From: an uncultured virus (IMG/VR IMGVR_UViG_3300044591_001667)
Lineage: Duplodnaviria; Heunggongvirae; Uroviricota; Caudoviricetes
DNA: 64,000 nt
Direction: 5' to 3' (one strand)
IMG/VR virus record: IMGVR_UViG_3300044591_001667
Shown here: positions 54,354-63,973 of the stretch, piece after piece
How positions within the stretch are numbered: the stretch's first letter is position 1
How the letters are laid out: every line of letters starts with the position of its first letter
Notes under the pieces: generated by a model
What the model was told of the DNA's origin: nothing
What the model saw: the letters and a program-made list of their open reading frames with translations, nothing else
The model's database searches: none
Translations under genes and position numbers: made by a program

Positions 54354-55295
54354 ATGGATTTTTCAAAGTTTCCTTACATTAGAGACTTAGGCGGACATGT
54401 AATTGATGTTCGTCGATTAATTGACCCCAACAATAAAAATTGGGGCGCAACTAATCTTTCTATTGGAAACTATAAAAATAAGTACGTTGGCGCTTTGCGC
54501 TCTAGTAATTATGTGATTATGCCTAATGGAAGCTATACAGTTACCGAGGGAAATCTGATTACTTCAAAATTATACTGGGGCGAGTTTAATAAAGATTGGA
54601 AACTAGAAAAGCTCAGGCAAATTGATACTTCTATTGCAGGAGATTTAAAGCGAGGCTTAGAAGACCCAAAAGTTTTTTATCGAGATGGCGCATGGCATAT
54701 GACATGTGTAATTTTAGATAAAGAACAAATTCCATATGCACGTATGGCAGTTGCTCGTCTTGACCCAAAATGCACCAAGTTTGTAAGTTTTAAAGTTTTA
54801 GCTGGTATGGATACCCAGCGTCCAGAAAAGAATTGGATGACTACCTACGAAGAAAATCCATACTTTGATTTTATCTATGGTCCTAATGCCACAGTTCAAA
54901 ACAACATGATGACAATGCTTTTCTCTGACGTCAGACAACTCTCTCAACTACGAGGAAACACTAATCTTCTGTCCCTTGAAGATAACACTTATCTTGGGGT
55001 TATGCATAGAACATTCATCAAAAACGAAGCAAAGTGGGCACCAGAAAGATTTAGTACCCAGAATGCTTCTCAAAGAAACTACATTCATTACTTCGTTAGG
55101 TTTGATCTTGAAGGCAGTATTTTGGAAGTTTCAAAAGGTTTTCAATTCTTTAAATCTGGGGTTGAGTTTGCAGCTGGTTTGGTCGCCCACAAAGATAATT
55201 TCTTAATTAGCTTTGGTAGAGAAGATGTTTCCAGTCATATCGCTGTAATGCCAAAGGACTTAGTTCTCAAATCACTATCCCCAGTAGGGTACTAA
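54354..55295 (+). CDS. Beta-propeller glycosidase/phosphorylase-like protein
   Basis: GLEDPK, EKNW, LRG, VEFAAGL..ISFG. Confidence 0.55.
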   Translation: MDFSKFPYIRDLGGHVIDVRRLIDPNNKNWGATNLSIGNYKNKYVGALRSSNYVIMPNGSYTVTEGNLITSKLYWGEFNKDWKLEKLRQIDTSIAGDLKRGLEDPKVFYRDGAWHMTCVILDKEQIPYARMAVARLDPKCTKFVSFKVLAGMDTQRPEKNWMTTYEENPYFDFIYGPNATVQNNMMTMLFSDVRQLSQLRGNTNLLSLEDNTYLGVMHRTFIKNEAKWAPERFSTQNASQRNYIHYFVRFDLEGSILEVSKGFQFFKSGVEFAAGLVAHKDNFLISFGREDVSSHIAVMPKDLVLKSLSPVGY

Positions 55296-55304
55296 ACTCT
55301 TGGT

Positions 55305-55541
55305 ATGACCCTGCTAGGTTCTGGCACACAAAGCCAAGAAGACACTCGTACCCTTTATGAAGAAGGCGACCACGAGCGATACGCCCACTACGCTCCTAAA
55401 GAAGAGATTATGGAAGCGCTAGTTAACGGCACTCCAATTATGGCTTTATGCGGAAAGATTTGGGTACCATCTAGAGACCCTAAAAAATTTCCTGTCTGCC
55501 CAATGTGTAAAGAAATATACGAGCAGATAAATCATGACTGA
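55305..55541 (+). CDS. DUF3039-like actinobacterial protein
   Basis: GDHERYAHY..ALCGKIWVPSRDPKKFPVCPMCKEIY. Confidence 0.85.
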   Translation: MTLLGSGTQSQEDTRTLYEEGDHERYAHYAPKEEIMEALVNGTPIMALCGKIWVPSRDPKKFPVCPMCKEIYEQINHD

Positions 55542-55746
55542 AACTACTCAGATAGTAAAAATAGACAACGCCCCCTTAGAGTATATAACTCTTAGAGAGC
55601 GTTGCGATGCTTGTGGGCATCAAGCTTACTATCGTGTTACTTTTGAAGCAGGACATCTATTCTTTTGTAGACATCACTACATGAAACAAGAAGAAGCCTT
55701 TTTTGAGAAAGCTTTAGATATCGTTGATGAGTCTGAATTACTTTGA
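55534..55746 (+). CDS. Small actinobacterial-type zinc-binding protein
   Basis: RCDACG.QAY..LFFCRHH..VDES. Confidence 0.65.
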   Translation: MTETTQIVKIDNAPLEYITLRERCDACGHQAYYRVTFEAGHLFFCRHHYMKQEEAFFEKALDIVDESELL

Positions 55747-56124
55747 AGGCTTTGTAAAGTCTTCGATAGTAAATCCATCAGTTCTTTCAAGAACTACATA
55801 GGTGTAGTCAATAAGACCAAGGTTGCTTTCAAGATTATCTAGAACTTGTTTTACAGGAAGCTCTCCACATGTATACAAATCAAACTGCACTTTAGAGGGT
55901 TTATTCTCATCCCAGATGTGCATAGCAATGTGAGAGGTTTCGATCATAACTACTGCAGTTAGACCGCGGTTACCTTCTGCTGTTACGTAGGAGGCATAAG
56001 GTCCTTGAATGACCTTCATATCGATGGATTCAACTAATGAGCGCATCCAGTCGATAACGACTTTTTCTTCTGTCGGAGGATTTAGTGTCCACCCGTTTAC
56101 TAGTAAATGGTTGTGTAGAGGCAT
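55738..56124 (-). CDS. speD: S-adenosylmethionine decarboxylase proenzyme family
   Basis: GLTAVVMIETSHIAMHIW..FDLYTCG. Confidence 0.8.
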   Translation of the reverse strand: MPLHNHLLVNGWTLNPPTEEKVVIDWMRSLVESIDMKVIQGPYASYVTAEGNRGLTAVVMIETSHIAMHIWDENKPSKVQFDLYTCGELPVKQVLDNLESNLGLIDYTYVVLERTDGFTIEDFTKPSK

Positions 56125-56149
56125 AACTAAAGCCTACAACACACACTGA

Positions 56150-56422
56150 CTATTCTTCGGTAGGCTCTTCTTCTGAAGCAGGTGTTTCTTCTACAATAAC
56201 TGCTTCTTCTTCAACTTTAGGCTCATAGCGGACTAGACCAATCTCGTAGGTCTGCTCACCCTCTTCAGTCTCACGGACAACGGTAAAACCGCCATCACGC
56301 CACACAACGGTAGGTACAGGGTGTAAATCCTTGCAAGGACCGTCAACCATACAGTCTTGGACGTGGTTGGCAAAAACACGAGCATTATTAGGGAAGCTCT
56401 GGTAGCCACAGATACATTTCAT
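56150..56422 (-). CDS. Hypothetical protein
   Basis: CICG..H..C and acidic tail. Confidence 0.6.
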   Translation of the reverse strand: MKCICGYQSFPNNARVFANHVQDCMVDGPCKDLHPVPTVVWRDGGFTVVRETEEGEQTYEIGLVRYEPKVEEEAVIVEETPASEEEPTEE

Positions 56423-56426
56423 AGTT

Positions 56427-56747
56427 TTATTCTACATCCAATCCTTTAGCCCGACGGCCTTCTTTGGTCTTGACTTTATTATGCACCCTACGGACCTTAT
56501 CAAGACTGAAGGACCTCATTGTTTTATATCCAACTGGTCCCCCAACTACATCTAACCATTCAGAGTCAATTTTTGGGTTGTAGACGTGTCTGACAAAATT
56601 GAATCTACCTCTCTCCCCTTTGATAGATATCTCGGTCCCTTTGACAAGTTTGCGGCCATGGATAGTTGTTTCATGAGAGATGACCCAATGGGCGGTCGGA
56701 CTCGGGGCTTCTATAACTTGCTCTGTCGTTTTTTTCTTTCTTACCAT
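56427..56747 (-). CDS. Hypothetical actinophage protein
   Basis: IKGERGRFNF..EWLDVVG..RSF; leaderless. Confidence 0.65.
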   Translation of the reverse strand: MVRKKKTTEQVIEAPSPTAHWVISHETTIHGRKLVKGTEISIKGERGRFNFVRHVYNPKIDSEWLDVVGGPVGYKTMRSFSLDKVRRVHNKVKTKEGRRAKGLDVE

Positions 56748-56810
56748 TTGTCTATCATACCTTCTTACTATCTAAAAGTCAATATACATTCTTACTGAGA
56801 TAATTTATAC

Positions 56811-58067
56811 ATGTCTTCATCACCATTAAACAATGTGTCAAAGCCTTCTCGCGACCAAATCAATGCATATCGCACTGACATGTTTGGTCGTACAAAAGTA
56901 TCCGAAGGCTTTACTTTATTTGATGCTTCTCATAGATATAGTCAAAATGGAGACTTTAGTGATGTAACTTCTGGAACTGCTTCTGCAACTCATATTCAAG
57001 AGCAAAGCACGGCTGCACTGACTATTGGCACAGCCTCGGGGGACAAGTTTTACAGAGAGACAAAAAAGGTCTTTTCATACCAACCAGGTAAGTCTCTTCA
57101 AGTTCTTCAGACTTTCGTCCTTGCTGCACCAAAAACAAACCTGCGCCAAAGAGTTGGGTATTTTTCTACTCACAATGGTTTTTATTTAGAGCTTGATGGC
57201 ACAACAGTAAATTTTGTTAAACGTTCGTATACAAGCGGTCAAATCGTAGAAACCCGCGTTCCTCAATCTGAGTGGAACATGGACAAACTTGACGGTAGCG
57301 GTCCAAGTGATGTTGTCCTTGATTTGACTAAGGCTCAAATTATGTTTTCTGAGTATGAATGGCTTGGCGTTGGCTCAGTTCGTTTGGGGTTTGCAATTGA
57401 TGGAGTATTCATTATTGCTCATCAATTTAATCACGCAAACCGTATAGACCGTGTCTATATAACAACTGCATCTCTTCCATGTAGATATGAAATAGAAAAT
57501 ACAGGAACTACAAACTCTTCAAGCACTATGAAGCAAATCTGTATTTCAGTTATATCTAATGGCGGATACCAAAAACAATCTACTTCTTGGACAGCTTCCC
57601 GTGATGTACCTATTTCTGTAGGAACATCTTTTTATCCAGTTGTAGCTATAAGAATGGCTTCTGGCAGAGAAGACTCTGTAATTGTTCCAGCTAACTTTGC
57701 TGCACTTCCAACAACTGACCAAAATTTTATTGTTGCTTTAATTAAGAATCCAACCTCAGTAACTGGCGGAACTTGGTCAACTCATTCAAATCAAAACATT
57801 GAATATAATAATTCAGCCACTTCAATGGTTGGTGGAACTGTTGTAGGAGAGTATTTTATGGCTGGTGGCTCTGGACCAGGTAACTCTGGAAAAAGCTCAG
57901 CTGTTGGACTTGATGTAAACGGTATTGCCAACTTTGCTCTTCAACTAGGAAGAACCAACGCTTCATCAGTTGGTGGACCAGTCAGCGATGTCTATGTGGT
58001 GGGAGTAAAAACAATTGCCTCGACTGGCAGCGTAGTCGGCTCAATTTCTTGGTTTGACTTGCTCTAA
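56811..58067 (+). CDS. Probable virion structural protein (beta-rich)
   Basis: DMFGRTKVS..TLFD..YQPGKS..EWLGVG.VR.GF; S/T/G-rich. Confidence 0.6.
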   Translation: MSSSPLNNVSKPSRDQINAYRTDMFGRTKVSEGFTLFDASHRYSQNGDFSDVTSGTASATHIQEQSTAALTIGTASGDKFYRETKKVFSYQPGKSLQVLQTFVLAAPKTNLRQRVGYFSTHNGFYLELDGTTVNFVKRSYTSGQIVETRVPQSEWNMDKLDGSGPSDVVLDLTKAQIMFSEYEWLGVGSVRLGFAIDGVFIIAHQFNHANRIDRVYITTASLPCRYEIENTGTTNSSSTMKQICISVISNGGYQKQSTSWTASRDVPISVGTSFYPVVAIRMASGREDSVIVPANFAALPTTDQNFIVALIKNPTSVTGGTWSTHSNQNIEYNNSATSMVGGTVVGEYFMAGGSGPGNSGKSSAVGLDVNGIANFALQLGRTNASSVGGPVSDVYVVGVKTIASTGSVVGSISWFDLL

Positions 58068-58105
58068 GCCTGGACTTTTTTAACTTTCTCTGATAGCCTG
58101 GAGCT

Positions 58106-59182
58106 ATGGAGAGTTGGCAAAAGCTACTGAGGTCTTCTACCCCTTTGACCTCAACAGTAGAGATGGACGGTCTTACGCGAGACTTAGTTCGTCCCTTCGA
58201 TTACGAAACAGACGGTCTTTCAACCTTTCACCCGTTTGTTCTTCCAGAACTTCCTAGTGAGTTTAACCTTGGCGTAATCGTTGGTGCCTCTGGGACAGGT
58301 AAGTCAACTCTCCTCCAATCTTTTGGAAATCCTGTAGTCCCAACTTGGGACCACAACAAATCAATTGCATCTCACTTTAATAATCCAGTAGATGCTAGCG
58401 AGCGCTTGTCTGCAGCAGGATTAATGTCTGTACCAGAGTGGGTAAAGCCTTATCAAGTTTTATCAAATGGACAAAAGTTTCGTGCAGACTTAGCAATATC
58501 TTTACAAAGTAATGCTGTTATTGATGAGTACACCTCAGTAGTAGACCGTAATGTTGCAAAAGCTGCATCAACTTCAATGTCTAAATATATTCGTCGTAAC
58601 AACATAAAAGGAGTTGTGCTGGCAACTGTTCATCGCGACATCCTTGAGTTCCTCGAACCAGATTGGGTTATTGATACTGATCGTGGTGAGTGGACCTCGG
58701 GAAGGTATCTTCACCGACCTGAATTGGTTCTCGACATATATCCTGCCCACAACAGCATTTGGGAATACTTCGCTTCGCACCACTATCTCTCGAACAAGCT
58801 CAATAAAGCCTCACACAGCTACGTGGCTATCTGGGAACAACAGTTAGTCGGGTATGTGGCAGCAATGACCTATCCGTCAGGTACCGTACAAAATGCATGG
58901 CGTGAGCATCGTTTAGTAGTTCATCCTGATTATCAAGGATTAGGTTTTGGACCCAAACTTTCGGAAGCTGTTGCTCAACATTACTTAAGCAATAATAAAA
59001 GATATTTTTCAAAGACTTCTCATCCTCGACTAGGAGAATATAGAGACACTTCTAAATTGTGGAAACCAACATCAAAGAATCATATGAAGCGCTTAGATGG
59101 ACTTGTACATCGTGAAAACATGCGTTGGGAGTTAAACCCAAATCGTTGGTCTTATTCACATGAATATATTGGAAACAAATGA
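58106..59182 (+). CDS. ABC-type ATPase fused to GNAT acetyltransferase
   Basis: GASGTGKST, LSNGQ, IDEYTS..DR, ATVH; HHYL..RLVVHPDYQGLGFG. Confidence 0.85.
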   Translation: MESWQKLLRSSTPLTSTVEMDGLTRDLVRPFDYETDGLSTFHPFVLPELPSEFNLGVIVGASGTGKSTLLQSFGNPVVPTWDHNKSIASHFNNPVDASERLSAAGLMSVPEWVKPYQVLSNGQKFRADLAISLQSNAVIDEYTSVVDRNVAKAASTSMSKYIRRNNIKGVVLATVHRDILEFLEPDWVIDTDRGEWTSGRYLHRPELVLDIYPAHNSIWEYFASHHYLSNKLNKASHSYVAIWEQQLVGYVAAMTYPSGTVQNAWREHRLVVHPDYQGLGFGPKLSEAVAQHYLSNNKRYFSKTSHPRLGEYRDTSKLWKPTSKNHMKRLDGLVHRENMRWELNPNRWSYSHEYIGNK

Positions 59183-59211
59183 CCATCCTTCTAGAGGTCT
59201 ACACTGACTGT

Positions 59212-59511
59212 ATGAGTGATATCAACTCTCCTGATTCTCCTCAGGAAGAGCCAAAAAAAGACTCTGTTGATTTTAATCAACTAGAGGTCGAGCTAGGCAT
59301 GTCGTCTTTGGACGAAGATGCAACTCAGATGCATGAACTTTTTAAGTCTTTAGTAAAAGCAGGATTTAGAGAAAAACAAGCTCTCCGTCTTGTTGCTCTT
59401 ATCATCACAGAGCATGACGTTCTAGATGAAGCAATAGTTTTTCAATCAGAGATTGACTTTGATGAAATTGGTGACCAAGACCCCGACATTGATTTTGATG
59501 ATGAGGAATAG
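59212..59511 (+). CDS. Hypothetical acidic protein
   Basis: Start reassigned to ATG 59212 (TACACT-N6-ATG); MHELFKSLVKAGF..QAL. Confidence 0.65.
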   Translation: MSDINSPDSPQEEPKKDSVDFNQLEVELGMSSLDEDATQMHELFKSLVKAGFREKQALRLVALIITEHDVLDEAIVFQSEIDFDEIGDQDPDIDFDDEE

Positions 59512-59846
59512 TGGAAGAAAAGGACAAGTCCGACTACCTCTTTGAACTCCTGTTAGAAATGGGAGCGGTTGAGTTTCACGGAATAGAGCCATCTACAGGA
59601 GAACCTGTATACAAGATTACAGACGTCTGCGAAGAACTCTTCCCTGAGCTTTGGGATATGCAAAAGCAGCATGTTGGAGAAATGGCTAATTCTTTGTGGC
59701 AAAAAGGACTAGTTGAGATAAACCTTACCGCTTCAGGGGAAACAGTTTATTTTAGACAGCATAATTATAATAAATATCTAGAACTGAAAGACTCTCTTTC
59801 ACTAGACGAAAAAACCTTCATGCAAGTTTTTCTTGACGATATGTAA
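59511..59846 (+). CDS. Hypothetical protein
   Basis: GAVE..G...TGE.VY..LWQKG. Confidence 0.65.
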   Translation: MEEKDKSDYLFELLLEMGAVEFHGIEPSTGEPVYKITDVCEELFPELWDMQKQHVGEMANSLWQKGLVEINLTASGETVYFRQHNYNKYLELKDSLSLDEKTFMQVFLDDM

Positions 59847-59881
59847 TATTTTGTTAGAATAAAAACTTAACTAGGGAGATA

Positions 59882-60121
59882 ATGATGGCTTACGCAAGAT
59901 TTTTTGCAGACGATGTTTATATTTTTGCATCACCTAAAGGTCTCATGTGTCAGATGTGTAGTTTTGGTGACATGCTAGAGACAAGCTTTTTAGCTGAGTC
60001 AACTCAAGAAATGGTTGACCACCTCAAAGCTCATCAGAAAAAAGGAGACAGAATGCCTTCAACAATTTTCGACGAGCTTTGGGCGGATGATGCTGCGAAC
60101 TACCCAACTAAAAAGGTTTAA
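59882..60121 (+). CDS. Small zinc-binding hypothetical protein
   Basis: AYARF..DVY..CQMC..HL..H. Confidence 0.6.
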   Translation: MMAYARFFADDVYIFASPKGLMCQMCSFGDMLETSFLAESTQEMVDHLKAHQKKGDRMPSTIFDELWADDAANYPTKKV

Positions 60122-60518
60122 AGTCTTTTAATTTGTTAAATGCTTCTTCAATAGCTGGCGGAAGATTTGTATTTTTTATCGTATTGTTTGCGTAATTCTC
60201 ATCAAATCTTGGAGTAGTAATAGTTGTCGCTCCCCCATCATTTGAGTAAATACGAGGATTTCTTTTGTTTCTCCACAACTCTTCATCTATTTGAACCCAC
60301 TCATTTTCGTGTTCTGTAAGTTGGCGTAGGTTTTCGAATCTCATCAGTTTTTCAATAGCTTCTGGTGTGAAGTACAAAGTATTTTTATCATGAGGAAAAT
60401 CTGTAAACACATCAAGAACTTTTAGATAAAACTCAACAAGTTCAGGAGCTTCTAGTGCCAATTCAAGCTCAAGCTTGGCATGCTCCATCCATTTTTCTTT
60501 GCTATATTCAAATGCCAT
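60108..60518 (-). CDS. Hypothetical phage protein
   Basis: HAKLEL..LT..EW..WRNKR..SNDGG. Confidence 0.65.
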   Translation of the reverse strand: MAFEYSKEKWMEHAKLELELALEAPELVEFYLKVLDVFTDFPHDKNTLYFTPEAIEKLMRFENLRQLTEHENEWVQIDEELWRNKRNPRIYSNDGGATTITTPRFDENYANNTIKNTNLPPAIEEAFNKLKDFKPF

Positions 60519-61239
60519 TGTTATCCCTATTTCTAACGTTGTCGTTGTACCACTGTCTGCCTTCTACAATATTACTCACAAAGACAGGCTCCCCCAAGTC
60601 TACCGAAGCAAACCAGTCATACCATTTAGGCAAGCAGTCTATGTAAGGTCCATCTAGTAAAGCAAAAGGAACCCCATAAGCATGAGCTGTCATAGCAACA
60701 TGCATAGCTCCTGTTAGAACAAACCTAGCTCCAGAAATCTTGTGAACTATGCGTATAGTGTCATCAATAGTTTCTACAACTGCACTATAAATCTCATCTG
60801 CTCCATATTCATGTGCAGTAAATTCATTATATTCAGATGGGTCTTTTACGTGACGCATAACAAATGCCAACCCATTCGGCTGAGCCTTTGTTAATAACTC
60901 AGGTAGTACATAGGCAGGGTCTCCTGCAACTTCTATGTCAACACCATGTCTTGCTAGCTCCGCTTGAGTATTAGGTCCTCGTGCAGCTCTAAATTCGCAA
61001 AGTTCAACAAGACTGGGATCTAATTCTTCACCTCTCCAACCACAAGTAACAAAAACTGGTTTCAATCCAAGCTTTAAAGTTTCTTCTATTATTTCATTAC
61101 ATATAACACTTCCCAAAGGAAAGTACATGTGGTCTTGGTTTTCAGCCCACATCTTGTAAATAGTGGGTGGCGTTATTAGCTCAGCCAGAGCATCGCCATA
61201 GTTCCTGACGACTCCATCCATCTTCCACTCATAAATCAC
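60508..61239 (-). CDS. Polysaccharide pyruvyl transferase-like protein
   Basis: NYGDAL, LGSV, RGP.T, GDPA, AMH..AHAYGVP. Confidence 0.7.
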   Translation of the reverse strand: MIYEWKMDGVVRNYGDALAELITPPTIYKMWAENQDHMYFPLGSVICNEIIEETLKLGLKPVFVTCGWRGEELDPSLVELCEFRAARGPNTQAELARHGVDIEVAGDPAYVLPELLTKAQPNGLAFVMRHVKDPSEYNEFTAHEYGADEIYSAVVETIDDTIRIVHKISGARFVLTGAMHVAMTAHAYGVPFALLDGPYIDCLPKWYDWFASVDLGEPVFVSNIVEGRQWYNDNVRNRDNNGI

Positions 61240-61341
61240 ACCTCAACCATACCTTCCCTTTTCCCCTTTCATTTCTCGCAACGCCGATGCTTTTAAGGGA
61301 AAGAGAGCCCGGAAAATACAATTTTCAACTATGATAAATAC

Positions 61342-62085
61342 ATGGCACGCAAAGACGAAATAGTCGTTTACTGGTCTCCATACTACCCTGTTCGACCAGA
61401 GGAGCGGTATGACTGGAACATGTTATACCAAGACCCTAAATCTCTAACAGATTCTTTGAAGCCTGAAAGATTAACTAATATCGATCCAAATAGCAGCATA
61501 TTTTCCTGTCCTGCATATAAAAACATGTTCTCTAATACTTTTGTTTTTTCAAATCTTGTTGACAGTAAGTATGAATTTAATTTAGAGGCTAACCGATTTG
61601 TTGCTATGCAAGAACATCAGTATGTAATGTCTCGGTCTATGCAGCCTTTTTTGCAAGACAGGAAGGTAATTTGGATTCCCCTTGGGTGGACGTTCTTCTG
61701 TGAAGAAGATATTGAAATGGAGCTTATGCCCCCCATTTTGCACGACACTGTCCATAGGCATTACGGGAGCATTACTCCAGGAAGATTTAATATATCTAAG
61801 TGGTATAGACCTTGTATAACAGAGTTTATTCTTTGGAAAGGTCAAAATAGATTCCATCTTGCTGAAGAGCCAGTTTTGTACGCAAGGTTTATTACAGATA
61901 AGAAAGTAACTCTAAAAAGATTTGAAATGACAGCTGACCTACAAAAACTGGCTGAAAGCATAGCTGACACAAAAAACAATCTTGGTAGATTTAAGTCTTT
62001 GGCTTATAGGTACGATACGTTTGTTAAATCTAAAACCAGAGACCTTGTTCTTCGTAAGGTAAAAGAGGCTGTCATAGATGAGTAA
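61342..62085 (+). CDS. Hypothetical protein, paralog of next gene
   Basis: IVVYW..DWNM.Y.DP..CPA..NTFVF..GRF.I..WYRP. Confidence 0.75.
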   Translation: MARKDEIVVYWSPYYPVRPEERYDWNMLYQDPKSLTDSLKPERLTNIDPNSSIFSCPAYKNMFSNTFVFSNLVDSKYEFNLEANRFVAMQEHQYVMSRSMQPFLQDRKVIWIPLGWTFFCEEDIEMELMPPILHDTVHRHYGSITPGRFNISKWYRPCITEFILWKGQNRFHLAEEPVLYARFITDKKVTLKRFEMTADLQKLAESIADTKNNLGRFKSLAYRYDTFVKSKTRDLVLRKVKEAVIDE

Positions 62086-62818
62086 AGAAGAGATTGTTGT
62101 TTATTGGGGGCCTTGTTACGATGTTGGTCCAGACAATGTTATTGACTGGAATATGTTCTATGCTGACCCTACAGAGCTTCTTCCTGATTTAAAAAAGATG
62201 AAAGACAAAACAGCAGGAAATCAAAGCATACTTTACTGCCCTGCCTTCACTGAAAACTATAAAAATACTTTTGTATTCAGTAGCGTTGTAGATAGCAGGT
62301 TTTCATACAACCATCGAGAAAACCTCTGGGAAATACCTAACAAGTATCAAATACATCCTGCTACAACCATGCGAACCAGTTACATGGAAAATCGCAAACC
62401 TTTAGTTCTTTCTATGATTTGGCTTTTTGTTTCTGAAGAGCCATTAGAGATGGAGATTATTTCTCCATACCTTCATCAAACAGAGTCTTCCAAGTACGGG
62501 GTTATTGCCACTGGAAGGTTTGATATTGGACGTTGGTATAGACCTATCCATGCTGACTACCTGTTGTGGAGTGGTCTTGACAACTTTGCAATTAAAGAGG
62601 GGGATCCCTTTTTCTATGTAAGGTTTAATACTGATAAAAAAGTTGTTCTAAAGAGATACATCAATACTCCTGAAATCTACAAACAGACTGTTTCTAATGT
62701 TGAAACTAAATTTCTTTTTGGTAAAACACCCCCTCTTGCAAAGCTATACAACTACTTTTCAAAAACTAGAACCAGAGACATCATGCTTAAAAAGATAAAA
62801 GAAGCAGTGATTGAATAA
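62078..62818 (+). CDS. Hypothetical protein, paralog of previous gene
   Basis: Same motif series over full length. Confidence 0.75.
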   Translation: MSKEEIVVYWGPCYDVGPDNVIDWNMFYADPTELLPDLKKMKDKTAGNQSILYCPAFTENYKNTFVFSSVVDSRFSYNHRENLWEIPNKYQIHPATTMRTSYMENRKPLVLSMIWLFVSEEPLEMEIISPYLHQTESSKYGVIATGRFDIGRWYRPIHADYLLWSGLDNFAIKEGDPFFYVRFNTDKKVVLKRYINTPEIYKQTVSNVETKFLFGKTPPLAKLYNYFSKTRTRDIMLKKIKEAVIE

Positions 62819-63270
62819 TGGAGTCTTCAGCACTGATAGAGCTTGAGCGTATGTTCAAGCAGAACAAGGTTGGCTTCACTGCATCTTGCTTTGACATGCT
62901 ACATGCAGGGCACATTCTTATGCTGGAAGAAGCAAAATCAGTTTGCGACCACTTGATAGTTGCTCTTCAGACAGACCCAAGTATTGATAGGCCAAATAAG
63001 CGTAAGCCGATTCAATCTTTGATTGAGCGTCAGATTCAGCTTAAAGCAGTTAAATATGTAGACGAAATCGTCATTTACGAGACAGAAGAAGACCTGCTCA
63101 ATTTACTTAAGACTCTACCTATAGACATCCGAATTATCGGGGAAGACTATGCAGGTAAGGACTTCACAGGACGCGACTGGTGCGCAACTCACGGTATAGA
63201 GATTTACTACAATAGTAGGAAGCACGAGTATTCATCAACAGAGTTAATAGAGCGCATCCGAAAGGGTTGA
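62818..63270 (+). CDS. Cytidylyltransferase, TagD-like
   Basis: FDMLHAGH (HxGH), KYVDE, GEDY, R.HEYSST. Confidence 0.85.
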   Translation: MESSALIELERMFKQNKVGFTASCFDMLHAGHILMLEEAKSVCDHLIVALQTDPSIDRPNKRKPIQSLIERQIQLKAVKYVDEIVIYETEEDLLNLLKTLPIDIRIIGEDYAGKDFTGRDWCATHGIEIYYNSRKHEYSSTELIERIRKG

Positions 63271-63271
63271 C

Positions 63272-63487
63272 ATGAATTACAGAAGTATCGAAGCTGGTTC
63301 AATAGCTCAAGGGTGGGGGAGCTTTACTGCTCAGTCTTTAGATGACGCTGTAACTTTGTCTGTCACCACTAAGTGCCCAGAGAAGTGGCTTCTAGTTGAT
63401 AGAGAAACTGGTCAGGTTTATCAAGGTTCAAATGAAGTAAATCCATACATGCCTTCACAATTTCTTTGGAAACCTATAGACTCATAG
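63272..63487 (+). CDS. Hypothetical protein
   Basis: TKCPEKWLLVDRETGQVYQG. Confidence 0.65.
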   Translation: MNYRSIEAGSIAQGWGSFTAQSLDDAVTLSVTTKCPEKWLLVDRETGQVYQGSNEVNPYMPSQFLWKPIDS

Positions 63488-63511
63488 TCTAAGTAAGTAA
63501 GGAAAGACGTA

Positions 63512-63973
63512 TTGAAAAAGTTAATAGCAGGTTCTCTTTTATTAGTTATGTCTATAGGAACTTTTGTCGTTCTTGGGCAGCCAAAAGCAGATTGCGTAAA
63601 TCTTTATATTGATTATGGCCCGCTAAACAACGGGGCAGTCATAGAGCAGTGCATTCCAGTTACAGGTGATGTTATGGCATTGGACCTTCTAGCCAGTGTT
63701 AACCTATCGACAGAGGGGACTCAGAAGTATGGCAACGCAGTGCTTTGTCGTCTTAATGGGTTCCCTAACGCATCAGTGGAGTCTTGCGAGGATATGCCAC
63801 CAGCAGAGTCCTACTGGGCAGTTTTAATAAAAGAGAATGAAATCATTCCTTGGCCTTTTGATTTGCAAGGCGAATGGGGGTGGGCTCAAACAGGTATAGA
63901 TGAAGTGCATCTACATCCAGGTGAATCTCTTGGACTTGTATTTGCAGATAATGGAGAGGTGCCATTCCCATGA
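63512..63973 (+). CDS. Secreted/membrane-anchored protein
   Basis: Signal peptide; LCRLNGFP..C..MPP..YWA..W.WAQTG. Confidence 0.65.
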   Translation: MKKLIAGSLLLVMSIGTFVVLGQPKADCVNLYIDYGPLNNGAVIEQCIPVTGDVMALDLLASVNLSTEGTQKYGNAVLCRLNGFPNASVESCEDMPPAESYWAVLIKENEIIPWPFDLQGEWGWAQTGIDEVHLHPGESLGLVFADNGEVPFP

